A stretch of 64,000 nt of DNA from Salinivirgaceae bacterium (GCA_017650325.1 JAGCFC010000229.1:5637-69636), one strand, 5' to 3'; numbered from the stretch's first letter, positions 15,550-25,543 are shown. The notes: a model not told the origin generated them from the letters alone. A program made the numbers and translations.

Positions 15550-18500
15550 ATGAAGATAAACACACGGAAAATATTGACTACTATTGGCTTGCTGATTGCG
15601 ATTGCAGTTGGGCCTTTGTATGTGTTTGGGCAAAGCACCTACACTCTTGTAACATCGGAAAGCGACCTTGTTGCTGGCGAGGCTTACATAATTGTTGGTG
15701 AAAAAAATGGTGACTACAAAGCAATGGGCAACCAAAAGACCAACAACAGAAATGCTGTGACCGTGACTGTATCGAACAACAAAATATCTACAACTACTGC
15801 GACAGAAGAATCAGATGGAAACAATGTATTCGAGTTCATTTTAGGTGGCACAACTGACAATTGGACAATACAGGATAAAATAAGTTCTAATTATTTATAC
15901 ACGCCTGGAAAATCGAACAACAACTATTTAAAATCAACAAACAAAACCGATAACGATAACGCTATTTGGAGCATTAAAATAGGTTCAAATGGCATTGATA
16001 CCATTACCTCCAAAGATGCAAGCACAAATAACAGTTTAAGGTATAATAGTTCATCATCAATTTTTTCTGGCTATGCTTCCACTTCATCAATGGCCTACGT
16101 TTATCTATACAAGAAAAGCAACGAACCAACAACTGACGAGACTCCTCCAAAATTTTCTACAGATTACCCCAAAACTGAAAACATCACAAAGAACAGTTTC
16201 GATCTAAAGGTGAAAACCGATGAGCCTTGCACAGTTTTCTATAAGGTTGTGGCAGATGGCGGAACGACACCAACGATGGTTGAATTACTGGCTTCGGACA
16301 AAACAATATCGGTTGAAACCAAAAACACTGAATATTCGATAACCGTATCTGAACTTGCATCGGAAGCCACATATAATGTCTATATGATTGCCAAAGATGC
16401 GGCCAACAATGTGCAAGACGACATTACATCAGTCTCTGTCACAACACTTTCAGCATTCGTAAAAACCATCGCTTTAGGCGACATCGAAACTAAATATTAT
16501 TGGGGCGAAACAGCCACAATCAATTGGACTACAAATATTGAAACCGCAACCGACTTAGACAGCATAATCATCTATAAAGGCAACCAAAAGATTCTCAAGT
16601 ACCCAATCGACATAACAAGCCGTGAAGCCGACATTCGGATTGGCAACAGCATCGCACCCGATGGTGACACATACGGCACAGATTATCGGCTGAAAATTAT
16701 AAGCGGCAGTGTTGAGAGCGAATTGTCGGCGAAATTTACAATCGTTCCAACAATCACCATCAACCGATTACTGACAGACATAAACACCGGCCAATCGGAC
16801 TTCATTAATGACAATGTGAGAATGAAAGGACTGGTAACAGGAGTCAAATCGAAAGCCCTTACTATTCAGGATGGTATGGGCGATTTCTGCGCCACATACA
16901 TAACTAACAATACCAACACCAGTGTTGAAATATACGACAGCGTTTATTGGGAAGTGGCTGTAAGTCAATCGGGGGGGTCAATAAAAGCCACAACAAAACA
17001 AGTAACAGTCATCAACAATAACAACCTACCGCAAACTCCCCGAATTACAGAATTGGGCGAAATTGATGTAAACAACGGCCTTAAATACCTTGTTGTGACA
17101 ATTGAAGGTGTTATATGTCAAAACAAAGTCTTCTATAAAGACAACGATGCCATATACTATGTAAACACCTTATTTATAGGCAATAACGGCTATTTTAAAG
17201 AAAACCGGAAATACAACATTTCAGGCGTGCTGAACATAGGCGCAGAAAACAAGAAGGAAATCTGGCCACGCTCACAGGTACCCGAAGATTTTTATCTCTA
17301 TAGCAACGACCCAACTTTAGCCGGACTCACAATTGGCGGGCGCAATGCCATGAGCACCGACACTGTAGTATTTACCGACCTGAATATCAGCGGTATTGCC
17401 GCAACTGCCAACGATGCAAAAGCTTCATTGTCAATAAGAGTCAACAACACAATTATTGCCACTTCCGAATGGGAGGGCTACAACTTCTCCCCGCTCGACT
17501 CGGTTTTTGTGACTGTGACAGCCGAAGACGGCTCAACGAAAACATACAAAAAGGTTATCGATTGCAAAACATTGAAATTCAACACACTTACAAACAACTC
17601 ATTCGAAACTGGTGATGTAATAAATTTATCGTGGACAAGTCACAACATCTCACAAATTAAATTGATACTCGAAATTCAGAACTGCACATTTTCGCTGACC
17701 GAATCGGCCATAAGCGCCGATTTGAGCGGATGGCAATACACCATTCCTAACTCGATATTCGGCGAAGGTACGATAAAAGCCATCGGCAACGAAACTGTCC
17801 TCGACTGTCTCACCATAAACATTGCCGACACAAAAGCACCAACGGTAATACGGCAAAATCCCGAAAACGGCTGTTTCAACGTTAGCAATCAACTGTATAT
17901 CAGCATGGTATACAACGAGCCTATTGTGGTTGCAGATGGCACGAAACTGATAATTAATGACCGTGAAATTCCAATTATTGCTGTCGGCGACACTGCCATA
18001 AAAGCACTGGCCAACGAATTAACATACAATACGTTATACACAATCAGCCTACCAAACAATGCGATATGCGACTTGGCTGGGAATGCTGCCTCGATTGGCA
18101 ATTGGACCTTCACAACCCGGCAAGCCCCACTACCCGACCTCTATTTCAGCGAGTATGGCGAAGGCACAAGCTACAACAAATACTACGAAATCTACAATCC
18201 CTGCGACACGGCAGTCGATTTGAGCCGGTATATGGTGAAACTGGACGCATTCAGCTCAAACGGTACTCGCACTATGAACTTGCTGAAACTTTCGGGTTGG
18301 CTATTGCCAGACGATGTGCTTGTTGTGGTAAACGGCAGCGCCTCTGCCGAAATCAAACAACATGCTGATGTAATAAACTCAAATACAACAAAATTCACAG
18401 GCGATGACCTGCTCGGTCTGTTCCGAAAAGATGGTGACGACACGGTGATGATTGACGTTGTCGCTCCATTTGGCAATTGTGACGTATCAGCGAAATGGGC

Positions 18501-20127
18501 AGTGGCAGGTGTCGAAAACGCATTGGAAGACCATACCATTGTACGCAACATGGTTGTTTGTGGTACAACCAATTGGACAGAATCGGCCGGTACCGACTCT
18601 TTCGATAGCCAATGGACTGTGCTTAACATAGACAACTGGAGCGACTTCGGGCGGCACGGCATTGGGCACGGCACTGAGATAGTTAGAATGAGCATCGAAG
18701 ATGTTGCCGCAACAATCGATAGAGAAAACGCGACCGTTTCCGCCGAAATGCCATACGGCACCGACCTGACGGAATTAAACGCGACTTTTAGACTTTCGCA
18801 AGGCGCACAAATATTTATAAACGAAACACTTGCTACAGAAACAATCGATTTCTCGCAGCCGGTTGTGGCCACAATTGTCGCAGGCGATGGCATTGGACGA
18901 AAAGACTGGACAATAAATGTTACAACAGCGCCAAAACCGAGTTCGGACAATAACATTCTGACATTCAATATTATAGAAACAACACCCGTCAGCGTTGAAA
19001 TTGACACGACGAGCGCCACAATTGATGCCGTAGTTGCTTACAACCTCGACAGTCTGGAACTGACGCCTGTCATTACAATCGCCGAATTTGCCTCTGTTTC
19101 AACCACTTTGTTCAAATCGAGCAAGGGTATATTCACAGCCAAAGCAAGATGGAATTTCGACGAGCCTCAATCATTCGTTGTTACAGCGCAAGATTTAACG
19201 CAAAAGGTTTGGAATGTGAGAGTTAGCCGTGAAACAACTCAAGCGCTGACAATTAAAGAAATTGCCAAACTTGATGGTAACAAAATTGCAGCCGCAGGCA
19301 AACCCATAATCACTGAAGGCGTTGTGAGTCATATTGTTACAACGAAAAAAGGTTTCGATTTTTACATTCAAGACAGTACCGGAATGTGGTCGGGCACATT
19401 GGTGACCAACGTTGACAGTCTGCTTGCCTCAACATTGGCTGTTGGCGACAAAATCAAGGTTTCGGGCATTTTGAAAGAATATTACGGCATGACACGAATC
19501 GAAGAAATTGAGGAGATAACCGTCTTAAACTCAGACAATAAGATATTGACAGACACCATAATTGTTGAAGATGCGCGCTCGAGTGCCTACCAGAATTCCA
19601 TTGTCACGATTGACAGCGTAATTTGCACCGGAGGGTTCGATAACATGTACGCAGTGCGCGACTCGACAAATGGCATTTTCATTTATAACAAATACAGAAT
19701 CAGCGGTTTTGCACTTGAAGTGGATTCGATGTACCGCATCACAGGAATTGTTTACTACACATCGGCCGACGACAGTTACCGAATTGTTCCCCGCTCAGCC
19801 GACGATATCGTGAAACTTAACCGACTGGCCAAACCGAAACCAGAGGAACAACAACCAGTTGAGCCGCAACCCATCGAGCCTCAGCCGCAAGAGCCCGACA
19901 CCACCACGGTTAGCATCGCCGATCAGACCAGCATCGGCTTGACCGCATATGCCATTGGGCACACCATTATTATTGAAAATGCCGATGCAACTGTCACAGT
20001 GTTCGACATTGCCGGAAGTCTTATTGCAACCGCCAATCCAGCGCAACGCATTGTGATAAACGTACCCAAAAACGGCATTTACATTGTCGGCACACGGCAC
20101 GACTCACTGAAAGTTATGGTAAAATAG
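15550..20127 (+). CDS. giant T9SS-sorted surface protein with Ig-like repeats, a lamin-tail-like (LTD) segment and OB-like modules
   Basis: Signal peptide MKINTRKILTTIGLLIAIAVGPLYVFGQ. LTD-like LYFSEYGEGTSYNKYYEIYNPCDTAVDLSRYMV. Linker KPKPEEQQPVEPQPIEPQPQEPD. The C-terminal ~75 aa end in ...GIYIVGTRHDSLKVMVK, like a T9SS type A sorting domain. Confidence 0.8.
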   Translation: MKINTRKILTTIGLLIAIAVGPLYVFGQSTYTLVTSESDLVAGEAYIIVGEKNGDYKAMGNQKTNNRNAVTVTVSNNKISTTTATEESDGNNVFEFILGGTTDNWTIQDKISSNYLYTPGKSNNNYLKSTNKTDNDNAIWSIKIGSNGIDTITSKDASTNNSLRYNSSSSIFSGYASTSSMAYVYLYKKSNEPTTDETPPKFSTDYPKTENITKNSFDLKVKTDEPCTVFYKVVADGGTTPTMVELLASDKTISVETKNTEYSITVSELASEATYNVYMIAKDAANNVQDDITSVSVTTLSAFVKTIALGDIETKYYWGETATINWTTNIETATDLDSIIIYKGNQKILKYPIDITSREADIRIGNSIAPDGDTYGTDYRLKIISGSVESELSAKFTIVPTITINRLLTDINTGQSDFINDNVRMKGLVTGVKSKALTIQDGMGDFCATYITNNTNTSVEIYDSVYWEVAVSQSGGSIKATTKQVTVINNNNLPQTPRITELGEIDVNNGLKYLVVTIEGVICQNKVFYKDNDAIYYVNTLFIGNNGYFKENRKYNISGVLNIGAENKKEIWPRSQVPEDFYLYSNDPTLAGLTIGGRNAMSTDTVVFTDLNISGIAATANDAKASLSIRVNNTIIATSEWEGYNFSPLDSVFVTVTAEDGSTKTYKKVIDCKTLKFNTLTNNSFETGDVINLSWTSHNISQIKLILEIQNCTFSLTESAISADLSGWQYTIPNSIFGEGTIKAIGNETVLDCLTINIADTKAPTVIRQNPENGCFNVSNQLYISMVYNEPIVVADGTKLIINDREIPIIAVGDTAIKALANELTYNTLYTISLPNNAICDLAGNAASIGNWTFTTRQAPLPDLYFSEYGEGTSYNKYYEIYNPCDTAVDLSRYMVKLDAFSSNGTRTMNLLKLSGWLLPDDVLVVVNGSASAEIKQHADVINSNTTKFTGDDLLGLFRKDGDDTVMIDVVAPFGNCDVSAKWAVAGVENALEDHTIVRNMVVCGTTNWTESAGTDSFDSQWTVLNIDNWSDFGRHGIGHGTEIVRMSIEDVAATIDRENATVSAEMPYGTDLTELNATFRLSQGAQIFINETLATETIDFSQPVVATIVAGDGIGRKDWTINVTTAPKPSSDNNILTFNIIETTPVSVEIDTTSATIDAVVAYNLDSLELTPVITIAEFASVSTTLFKSSKGIFTAKARWNFDEPQSFVVTAQDLTQKVWNVRVSRETTQALTIKEIAKLDGNKIAAAGKPIITEGVVSHIVTTKKGFDFYIQDSTGMWSGTLVTNVDSLLASTLAVGDKIKVSGILKEYYGMTRIEEIEEITVLNSDNKILTDTIIVEDARSSAYQNSIVTIDSVICTGGFDNMYAVRDSTNGIFIYNKYRISGFALEVDSMYRITGIVYYTSADDSYRIVPRSADDIVKLNRLAKPKPEEQQPVEPQPIEPQPQEPDTTTVSIADQTSIGLTAYAIGHTIIIENADATVTVFDIAGSLIATANPAQRIVINVPKNGIYIVGTRHDSLKVMVK

Positions 20128-20183
20128 CACCCACAGACGCATTATTTTGTGAATTATCGGCGTAATGATTTGATACAAAATGA

Positions 20184-20191
20184 TACTTTTG
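20184..20191 (+). promoter_or_regulatory. candidate -7 promoter box TACTTTTG
   Basis: Perfect TAnnTTTG, 24 nt upstream of the ATG at 20216. Confidence 0.45.
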
Positions 20192-20215
20192 TGAGCGATT
20201 CAAAAAAAAGAGACA

Positions 20216-20635
20216 ATGAAAAACAGAAGTAAATTTTCGATATTGATTGCCGCAATGGCAATTCTGATTGGCGCATCAAGCGCGCAAGCTCAAGAATGGC
20301 ATCCTGTTAAAGGCATGAATGTCAGCTTGAACGAACTGAATCACGACTTCGGGACACACCCGCAATACACCAAAACCGAATTCGAGTTCCTTATCAGAAA
20401 CGACAGCACGGAAACATTTGTGATTAAGAACATTACAACATCGTGCGGCTGCACAACGCCCACATATTCGAAGCGCCCTGTGAAAAGCGGCAAAACAGCT
20501 ACTGTGAAAGTGGCTTACGATGCATCGCGCATAGGCATCTTCAGCAAGACAATATACGTTTACACCAACTTCAGTACCGAGCCTATTGAATTGAATATCA
20601 ACGGCACGATGGAAGAAACTGACAAAAAAGAATAG
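20216..20635 (+). CDS. DUF1573-domain secreted protein
   Basis: Signal peptide plus ITTSCGCTTPTYSKRPVKSGKTATVKVAYDA, the typical DUF1573 pattern. Confidence 0.8.
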   Translation: MKNRSKFSILIAAMAILIGASSAQAQEWHPVKGMNVSLNELNHDFGTHPQYTKTEFEFLIRNDSTETFVIKNITTSCGCTTPTYSKRPVKSGKTATVKVAYDASRIGIFSKTIYVYTNFSTEPIELNINGTMEETDKKE

Positions 20636-20637
20636 CA

Positions 20638-21837
20638 ATGCCAAAAATATCAGAACGCGGTATAATTATGCCGTCGTCGCCAATCCGCCGATTGGTGCCG
20701 CTTGCAAACGCTGCAAAAAAGAAGGGAATCAAAGTCTATCACCTGAACATCGGCCAGCCCGACCTTCCGACACCGGAAGTGGGTTTGGAGGCGATGAAGA
20801 AAATCGACCGTAAAGTATTGGAATACACCCCCAGCGAAGGTCTTTTGAGCCTGCGGGCAAAGTTAGTGTCTTACTACGCCAAGTTCAACATCAACGCCAA
20901 CGTTGAGGACATCATTATCACCACGGGCGGTTCGGAAGCGGTGCTGTTCTCGTTTATGTCGTGTCTCGACCCTGGCGACGAAATCATTGTGCCGGAGCCG
21001 GCTTACGCCAACTATATGGCTTTCGCAATTTCGGCCGGCGCGGTCATCAAGACCATTCCGTCGAGCATCGACGACGGTTTCGCACTTCCGTCGATGGACA
21101 AATTCGAGGCGCTGATTACCGAACGCACAAAGGGCATCCTAATCTGCAACCCCAACAACCCGACGGGCTACCTTTATACCCGCAAGGAAATGAACCAGTT
21201 GCGCGATATTGTGAAGAAGTACAACCTATTCCTTTTCTCTGACGAGGTTTACCGTGAGTTCTGCTACACGGGTGCGCCCTACATTTCGGCGTTCAACCTT
21301 GAGGGAATTGAGCAGAATGTAATTTTAATCGACTCTGTTTCAAAACGATACAGCGAGTGCGGTATCCGCATTGGCGCACTCATCACAAAGAACGAAGAGG
21401 TCCGCGCGTGCGTAATGAAATTCTGCCAGGCGAGGTTGTGTCCGCCGCTCATCGGACAGATAATTGCCGAAGCGTCAATCGACACGCCTGAAGATTATAT
21501 GCTCAACACCTACGACGAGTTTGTTGAGCGCCGTAAGTTCCTGATTGACGGGCTGAACAAGATTCCAGGCTGCTACACGCCGATACCAATGGGCGCGTTC
21601 TACACGGTGGCCAAACTGCCCGTGGACGACATCGACAAGTTCTGCGAGTGGCTTCTGCGCGACTTTGAATATGAAGGTCAGACAGTTATGTTGGCCCCCG
21701 CAAGCGGATTCTACACCACACCCGAACTGGGCCGCAACGAGGCGCGCATCGCTTACGTGCTAAAGAAAGAGGATTTGGCGCAGGCTCTCAACGTGCTGGC
21801 CGTTGCGCTTGAGCAGTATCCGGGAAGGACGATTTGA
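20638..21837 (+). CDS. PLP-dependent class I/II aminotransferase (aspartate aminotransferase-like)
   Basis: NIGQPDLPTP, NPNNPTG and SVSKRYSECGIRIGAL (PLP lysine context). Confidence 0.9.
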   Translation: MPKISERGIIMPSSPIRRLVPLANAAKKKGIKVYHLNIGQPDLPTPEVGLEAMKKIDRKVLEYTPSEGLLSLRAKLVSYYAKFNINANVEDIIITTGGSEAVLFSFMSCLDPGDEIIVPEPAYANYMAFAISAGAVIKTIPSSIDDGFALPSMDKFEALITERTKGILICNPNNPTGYLYTRKEMNQLRDIVKKYNLFLFSDEVYREFCYTGAPYISAFNLEGIEQNVILIDSVSKRYSECGIRIGALITKNEEVRACVMKFCQARLCPPLIGQIIAEASIDTPEDYMLNTYDEFVERRKFLIDGLNKIPGCYTPIPMGAFYTVAKLPVDDIDKFCEWLLRDFEYEGQTVMLAPASGFYTTPELGRNEARIAYVLKKEDLAQALNVLAVALEQYPGRTI

Positions 21838-21838
21838 G

Positions 21839-21856
21839 TTAGGATTTAGGATTTAG
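21839..21856. repeat. short tandem repeat TTAGGAT x2.6
   Basis: Read directly, immediately after the stop codon at 21835-21837. Confidence 0.7.
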
Positions 21857-21871
21857 TAATTAGAATAAAAT

Positions 21872-21902
21872 ACGGGCGGCGCATTGCGTTGGCCCGTTTT
21901 TT
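21872..21902 (+). terminator. rho-independent terminator
   Basis: ACGGGC...GCCCGT stem followed by TTTTTTAT. Confidence 0.75.
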
Positions 21903-21929
21903 ATTTGGCAAAAACGTGTTGAGATTAGG

Positions 21930-21958
21930 TTTGGGTAAATGATATTCGATTACTTTTG
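21930..21958 (+). promoter_or_regulatory. candidate Bacteroidetes promoter: TTTG (21930-21933), 17 nt spacer, TACTTTTG (21951-21958)
   Basis: Both consensus elements are present. The -7 box lies 20 nt upstream of the ATG at 21979. Confidence 0.5.
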
Positions 21959-21978
21959 AGATAAAAAAACGCACAATT

Positions 21979-22824
21979 ATGGATTTTTCAACACCACAAG
22001 AATTGTTCATGTCGCTGCCATTTTCACAGGCAATGAAAAAATGCATTGTCGAAACCAATTGGCGTTTTTCCGACTTCGACATTGCAAGTCTGATTTACAA
22101 TTTCCCATTTCGAATGTTGCATTCGGAAACCATGAAACTAATTGAAACTATTGCTTCGCTTACAACAGACGAAAACTTGAAAAAACAGATTCTGCAACGT
22201 ATTGCATATGATAAACGAACGATTGAGGAGATAAAACGGACTGATGCTAATTGCGTTTTTTTGTTGAAATATGATGACGATTCGCTTGACGGCGTTTACG
22301 ATGAGTTTGAAACTGCATTTGAAAGATTCGATGTAAAATACGGTGGATTTTCTATTGAAAAATATCAGATATTATCCAAATACACAAAGCCTTTAGTGGA
22401 TAAGCACCATACAGAAAGTCGTAATATGGACGCAGAACATCAGACCAATTTTGATGTTACCGACAAAGTACCAGAGACATTGGGTGGAATTAAGTTCACA
22501 CAAAATAGAGAAATATCCTCTTTTTGGGGAGGAATCACTAATGATGAATTGACACGGGAAGTGGAAAACCTTGATTCCACGCGGTTCGAGAATGCATTTA
22601 TTGAGTTGCCAACGCCATTTAAATTTGGTGACAAGGTTAGGAGTATTTCTCGCAATTGGGCTGCGGTATATTCGGTAAAAGAAGATGATTATTTGAAAAC
22701 TATTGAACGAGCAAAGCACGATAAATTACTTGATGTTACAGATATGGATGTAACCGTCACATTTCCCGAAAAAGGCGAAGGTGCTCACGCGCATATAAGC
22801 CTTTTTGATTTGGAATTTGAATAA
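21979..22824 (+). CDS. hypothetical protein (281 aa), no recognisable domain
   Basis: Clean ORF with its own promoter-like elements. I recognise no motif in it. Confidence 0.6.
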   Translation: MDFSTPQELFMSLPFSQAMKKCIVETNWRFSDFDIASLIYNFPFRMLHSETMKLIETIASLTTDENLKKQILQRIAYDKRTIEEIKRTDANCVFLLKYDDDSLDGVYDEFETAFERFDVKYGGFSIEKYQILSKYTKPLVDKHHTESRNMDAEHQTNFDVTDKVPETLGGIKFTQNREISSFWGGITNDELTREVENLDSTRFENAFIELPTPFKFGDKVRSISRNWAAVYSVKEDDYLKTIERAKHDKLLDVTDMDVTVTFPEKGEGAHAHISLFDLEFE

Positions 22825-22856
22825 ATACAATTCTATTTTACTCATTATTTGTCCCA

Positions 22857-24143
22857 ATGGATGCGCGAATGTTAGACAAACTCAAGATTCTGGCCGAGTC
22901 GGCAAAGTACGATGTGTCGTGCTCGTCGAGCGGGACAGTGCGCCGCAACAACGGCAAGGGCGTGGGCAACACCGTTGGCGGCGTGGGCATCTGCCATAGT
23001 TTTGCCGAAGACGGGCGCTGCATATCGCTGCTGAAAGTGATGCTCACCAACTACTGCATTTTCGACTGCGCCTACTGCGTCAACCGCCGCACCAACGATG
23101 TTCCGCGAGCCACATTCACACCCGCCGAGGTGGTTGAGATAACAATGGAGTTCTACCGCCGCAACTACATCGAGGGACTGTTTCTGAGTTCGGGTGTGAT
23201 GCAAAACGCCGACTACACAATGGAGCGGCTTGTGCGAGTGGTGAAAGACCTACGCGCGCAGCGGTTCAACGGCTACATCCACCTGAAAAGCATACCTGGA
23301 GCCAGCCAGCAACTGATAACCGAGGCGGGGCTGTATGCCGACCGAATGAGCGTCAACATTGAGATTCCGACCGAGAGCAACCTAAAAATGCTTGCGCCCG
23401 AGAAGAGTTACGAGAGCATATTCCAACCGATGAAAATCATTCATAAAGGTGTGCTCGAGAGTCACGAGGAACGCAGCCGATTCCGCTCGGCGCCACGTTT
23501 TGTGCCAGCCGGACAAAGCACTCAGATAATTGTCGGCGCCACCAACGACACCGACAAAGACATTCTGCGCCTGTCGTCGGCATTCTACCAGCGGCCGTCA
23601 ATCAGACGCGTCTATTATTCTGGATATGTGGCCGTTAACACCTACGACACTCGTCTGCCTGCCTTGAAGCAACCGCCGCTTGTGCGCGAAAACCGCCTCT
23701 ATCAGGCCGACTGGCTGATGCGGTTCTACAAATTCAAAGTGAACGAAATTGTCGATGACGCCAATCCGAACCTCGACCTCGATGTTGACCCCAAACTGGC
23801 TTGGGCGCTGCGCCACCCCGAGTTTTTTCCGGTCGATGTGAACACGGCTTGCTACGAGCACATTCTGCGCGTGCCGGGCATTGGTGTGAAATCGGCGATG
23901 CAGATTGTGGCCTCGAGGCGATACGGTGCACTTACTTTTCTACAACTCAAGAAGATAGGCGTGGTTCTGAAGAAAGCGAAATACTTCATCAACTGCCGCG
24001 AACTGCCCATAATGGGCACCATCAACGAGTTGAAACCCGAAAACGTGCGTTCACTGCTGGTGGCCAAACCCGCCAAAAAAGAAGCGGTTGGCCAACTAGA
24101 ACTGAACTTCGACCAGCCCGTTCAACTTGTAACACCTTATTGA
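22857..24143 (+). CDS. putative DNA modification/repair radical SAM protein (TIGR03916-type as I recall)
   Basis: Radical SAM cluster motif MLTNYCIFDCAYCVNR, a C-terminal helix-hairpin-helix-like ILRVPGIGVKSA, and adjacency to its usual partner gene. Confidence 0.85.
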   Translation: MDARMLDKLKILAESAKYDVSCSSSGTVRRNNGKGVGNTVGGVGICHSFAEDGRCISLLKVMLTNYCIFDCAYCVNRRTNDVPRATFTPAEVVEITMEFYRRNYIEGLFLSSGVMQNADYTMERLVRVVKDLRAQRFNGYIHLKSIPGASQQLITEAGLYADRMSVNIEIPTESNLKMLAPEKSYESIFQPMKIIHKGVLESHEERSRFRSAPRFVPAGQSTQIIVGATNDTDKDILRLSSAFYQRPSIRRVYYSGYVAVNTYDTRLPALKQPPLVRENRLYQADWLMRFYKFKVNEIVDDANPNLDLDVDPKLAWALRHPEFFPVDVNTACYEHILRVPGIGVKSAMQIVASRRYGALTFLQLKKIGVVLKKAKYFINCRELPIMGTINELKPENVRSLLVAKPAKKEAVGQLELNFDQPVQLVTPY

Positions 24144-24925
24144 TGAGCGAGTTCGCAGATACGGCCTTTGTCTACGACCAGACATTCGACGGCTTGCTGA
24201 CGTGCGTTTTCGATGCCTATCAGCTGAAAACATTTCCCACTCATCTGCTTGCCGCCAACGAGCCTGCTCCGTTGTTTTGCACTGTGGCTCATACAGTTAC
24301 AACCGACGAACAAAAATCAGTCCGTGTGTGGACCGCACTTGAGAAAAAACTATCGAAATCGGCTCTGCACAGCCTCACTGTAAGTTGGCTCGCAGATGGC
24401 ATTAGCGATGTAGACGAACTGATTTTCAGATATATCCGCAAAACGACCGATGCAAAAACAACCATCGAGACTAATTTTGGCGACCCCGATGTGCTGCGTC
24501 TGGCACAAGTGTATAAGCAGGTCAGCTATGAAGCGCACCGCATGCTGCAATTCGTGCGTTTTCAAAAGACCGCCGACGGCATTTATTTTGCCGCCTTCGA
24601 GCCGCGCCACAACGTGCTTCCGCTCACTCTCGACCATTTCAGCGACCGATTTTCCGACCAACAATGGATAATCTACGACCTTCAGCGCCAATACGGATAT
24701 ATGTATGATTTACACGATGTTAACCGCGTAACCTTTGCCAACAACACCAAATTCGGACGCGACGGGCGCCTCGACGCAAGCATTATGGACGCCGACGAGC
24801 AACTTTTTCAGTCGTTGTGGCGCACCTACTACAAGTCGATCGCCATCGAATCGCGCCGCAACCCGCGCAAAATGCGGCAGGACATGCCCGTGCGCTATTG
24901 GAAGCACCTGACGGAGAGACAATAA
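24143..24925 (+). CDS. TIGR03915-family putative DNA repair/metabolism protein (DUF4130, UDG-like partner of the radical SAM protein)
   Basis: Start MSEFADTAFVYDQTFDGLLTCVFDAY overlaps the previous stop (TGATG). The C-terminus reads LWRTYYKSIAIESRRNPRKMRQDMPVRYWKHLTE. The ORF-track 5' extension to 23801 overlaps the radical SAM gene. Confidence 0.8.
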   Translation: MSEFADTAFVYDQTFDGLLTCVFDAYQLKTFPTHLLAANEPAPLFCTVAHTVTTDEQKSVRVWTALEKKLSKSALHSLTVSWLADGISDVDELIFRYIRKTTDAKTTIETNFGDPDVLRLAQVYKQVSYEAHRMLQFVRFQKTADGIYFAAFEPRHNVLPLTLDHFSDRFSDQQWIIYDLQRQYGYMYDLHDVNRVTFANNTKFGRDGRLDASIMDADEQLFQSLWRTYYKSIAIESRRNPRKMRQDMPVRYWKHLTERQ

Positions 24926-24951
24926 TTGAAGGATTGAAGGATTGAAGGATT
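24923..24951. repeat. tandem 8-mer ATTGAAGG x3.6 between convergent genes
   Basis: Read directly: attgaaggattgaaggattgaaggattga. Confidence 0.8.
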
Positions 24952-24958
24952 GATTTTT

Positions 24959-25543
24959 TCAGTTTCCGTTTTTGTCTTCAGTCTTCATTTTCAAAAAACA
25001 GCTGCGGCAAAGCGGCTCGTAGCTGTCGGTTTCGCCAAGAAGGACAAGTTTGTCGGTTTTGGCAAGACGATGCGAAAACTGCGCCAGCGCACCGCAGCGA
25101 ACGCATACGGCGTGAACTTTAGTCACATCGTCAGCAATGGCCATAAGTTTGGGAATCGGGCCGAAAGGCTTACCCGTATAATCCATATCGAGTCCAGCCA
25201 CAATAACACGCACGCCGCTGTTGGCCAACTGGTTGCATACATCAACAAGGCCATCGTCGAAGAATTGAGCCTCATCGATACCCACAACCTGCACACCACT
25301 TGCCAAAAGCAGAATGTTTTGTGCGCTATCCACCGGTGTGGACGAAATAGAATTGTCGTCGTGCGACACCACATTCACTGCCGAATAACGGACATCGACA
25401 GTGGGCTTGAAAATTTCGACACTCTGCCGAGCAAATTTTGCACGTCGTAAACGGCGAATCAGTTCTTCGGTTTTGCCCGAAAACATTGAGCCACAAATAA
25501 CTTCGATTCTTCCGCCGTCGGCATTGCCACTTTCCAAAAACAT
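24959..25543 (-). CDS. tdk: thymidine kinase
   Basis: [19 protein letters not shown]-loop and C-terminal Cys pairs (AVCVRCG...CRSC). Confidence 0.95.
   Translation of the reverse strand: MFLESGNADGGRIEVICGSMFSGKTEELIRRLRRAKFARQSVEIFKPTVDVRYSAVNVVSHDDNSISSTPVDSAQNILLLASGVQVVGIDEAQFFDDGLVDVCNQLANSGVRVIVAGLDMDYTGKPFGPIPKLMAIADDVTKVHAVCVRCGALAQFSHRLAKTDKLVLLGETDSYEPLCRSCFLKMKTEDKNGN

Noticed and set aside
18192-19019. 275-aa minus-strand ORF inside the giant surface-protein gene.
   Set aside because: It is antisense shadow of a well-supported 1526-codon gene, with Ser/Val/Thr-rich low-information sequence, no start context and no motif.
13742-20127. Calling the FISUMP/T9SS-cargo region a low-GC genomic island.
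   Set aside because: My 60-nt spot counts ranged from 33 to 55 percent GC within these genes. Similar swings occur inside cheR (28 to 58 percent). Composition in this window is too noisy to support an island call without real computation.
23801-24142. 5' extension of the 374-aa ORF (23801-24925) overlapping the radical SAM gene.
   Set aside because: The extension is Arg/Gly-rich out-of-frame sequence of the radical SAM gene. The conserved protein begins at MSEFADTAFVYDQTFDGLL (24143), using the TGATG overlap.
21839-24951. A possible functional link between the two short AGGATT-containing tandem repeats (TTAGGAT x2.6 at 21839-21856; ATTGAAGG x3.6 at 24923-24951), which flank the orphan gene plus the radical-SAM pair.
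   Set aside because: The units differ in length (7 vs 8 nt) and share only AGGATT. They are direct, not inverted, and no recombinase is nearby. They are recorded as simple repeats only.
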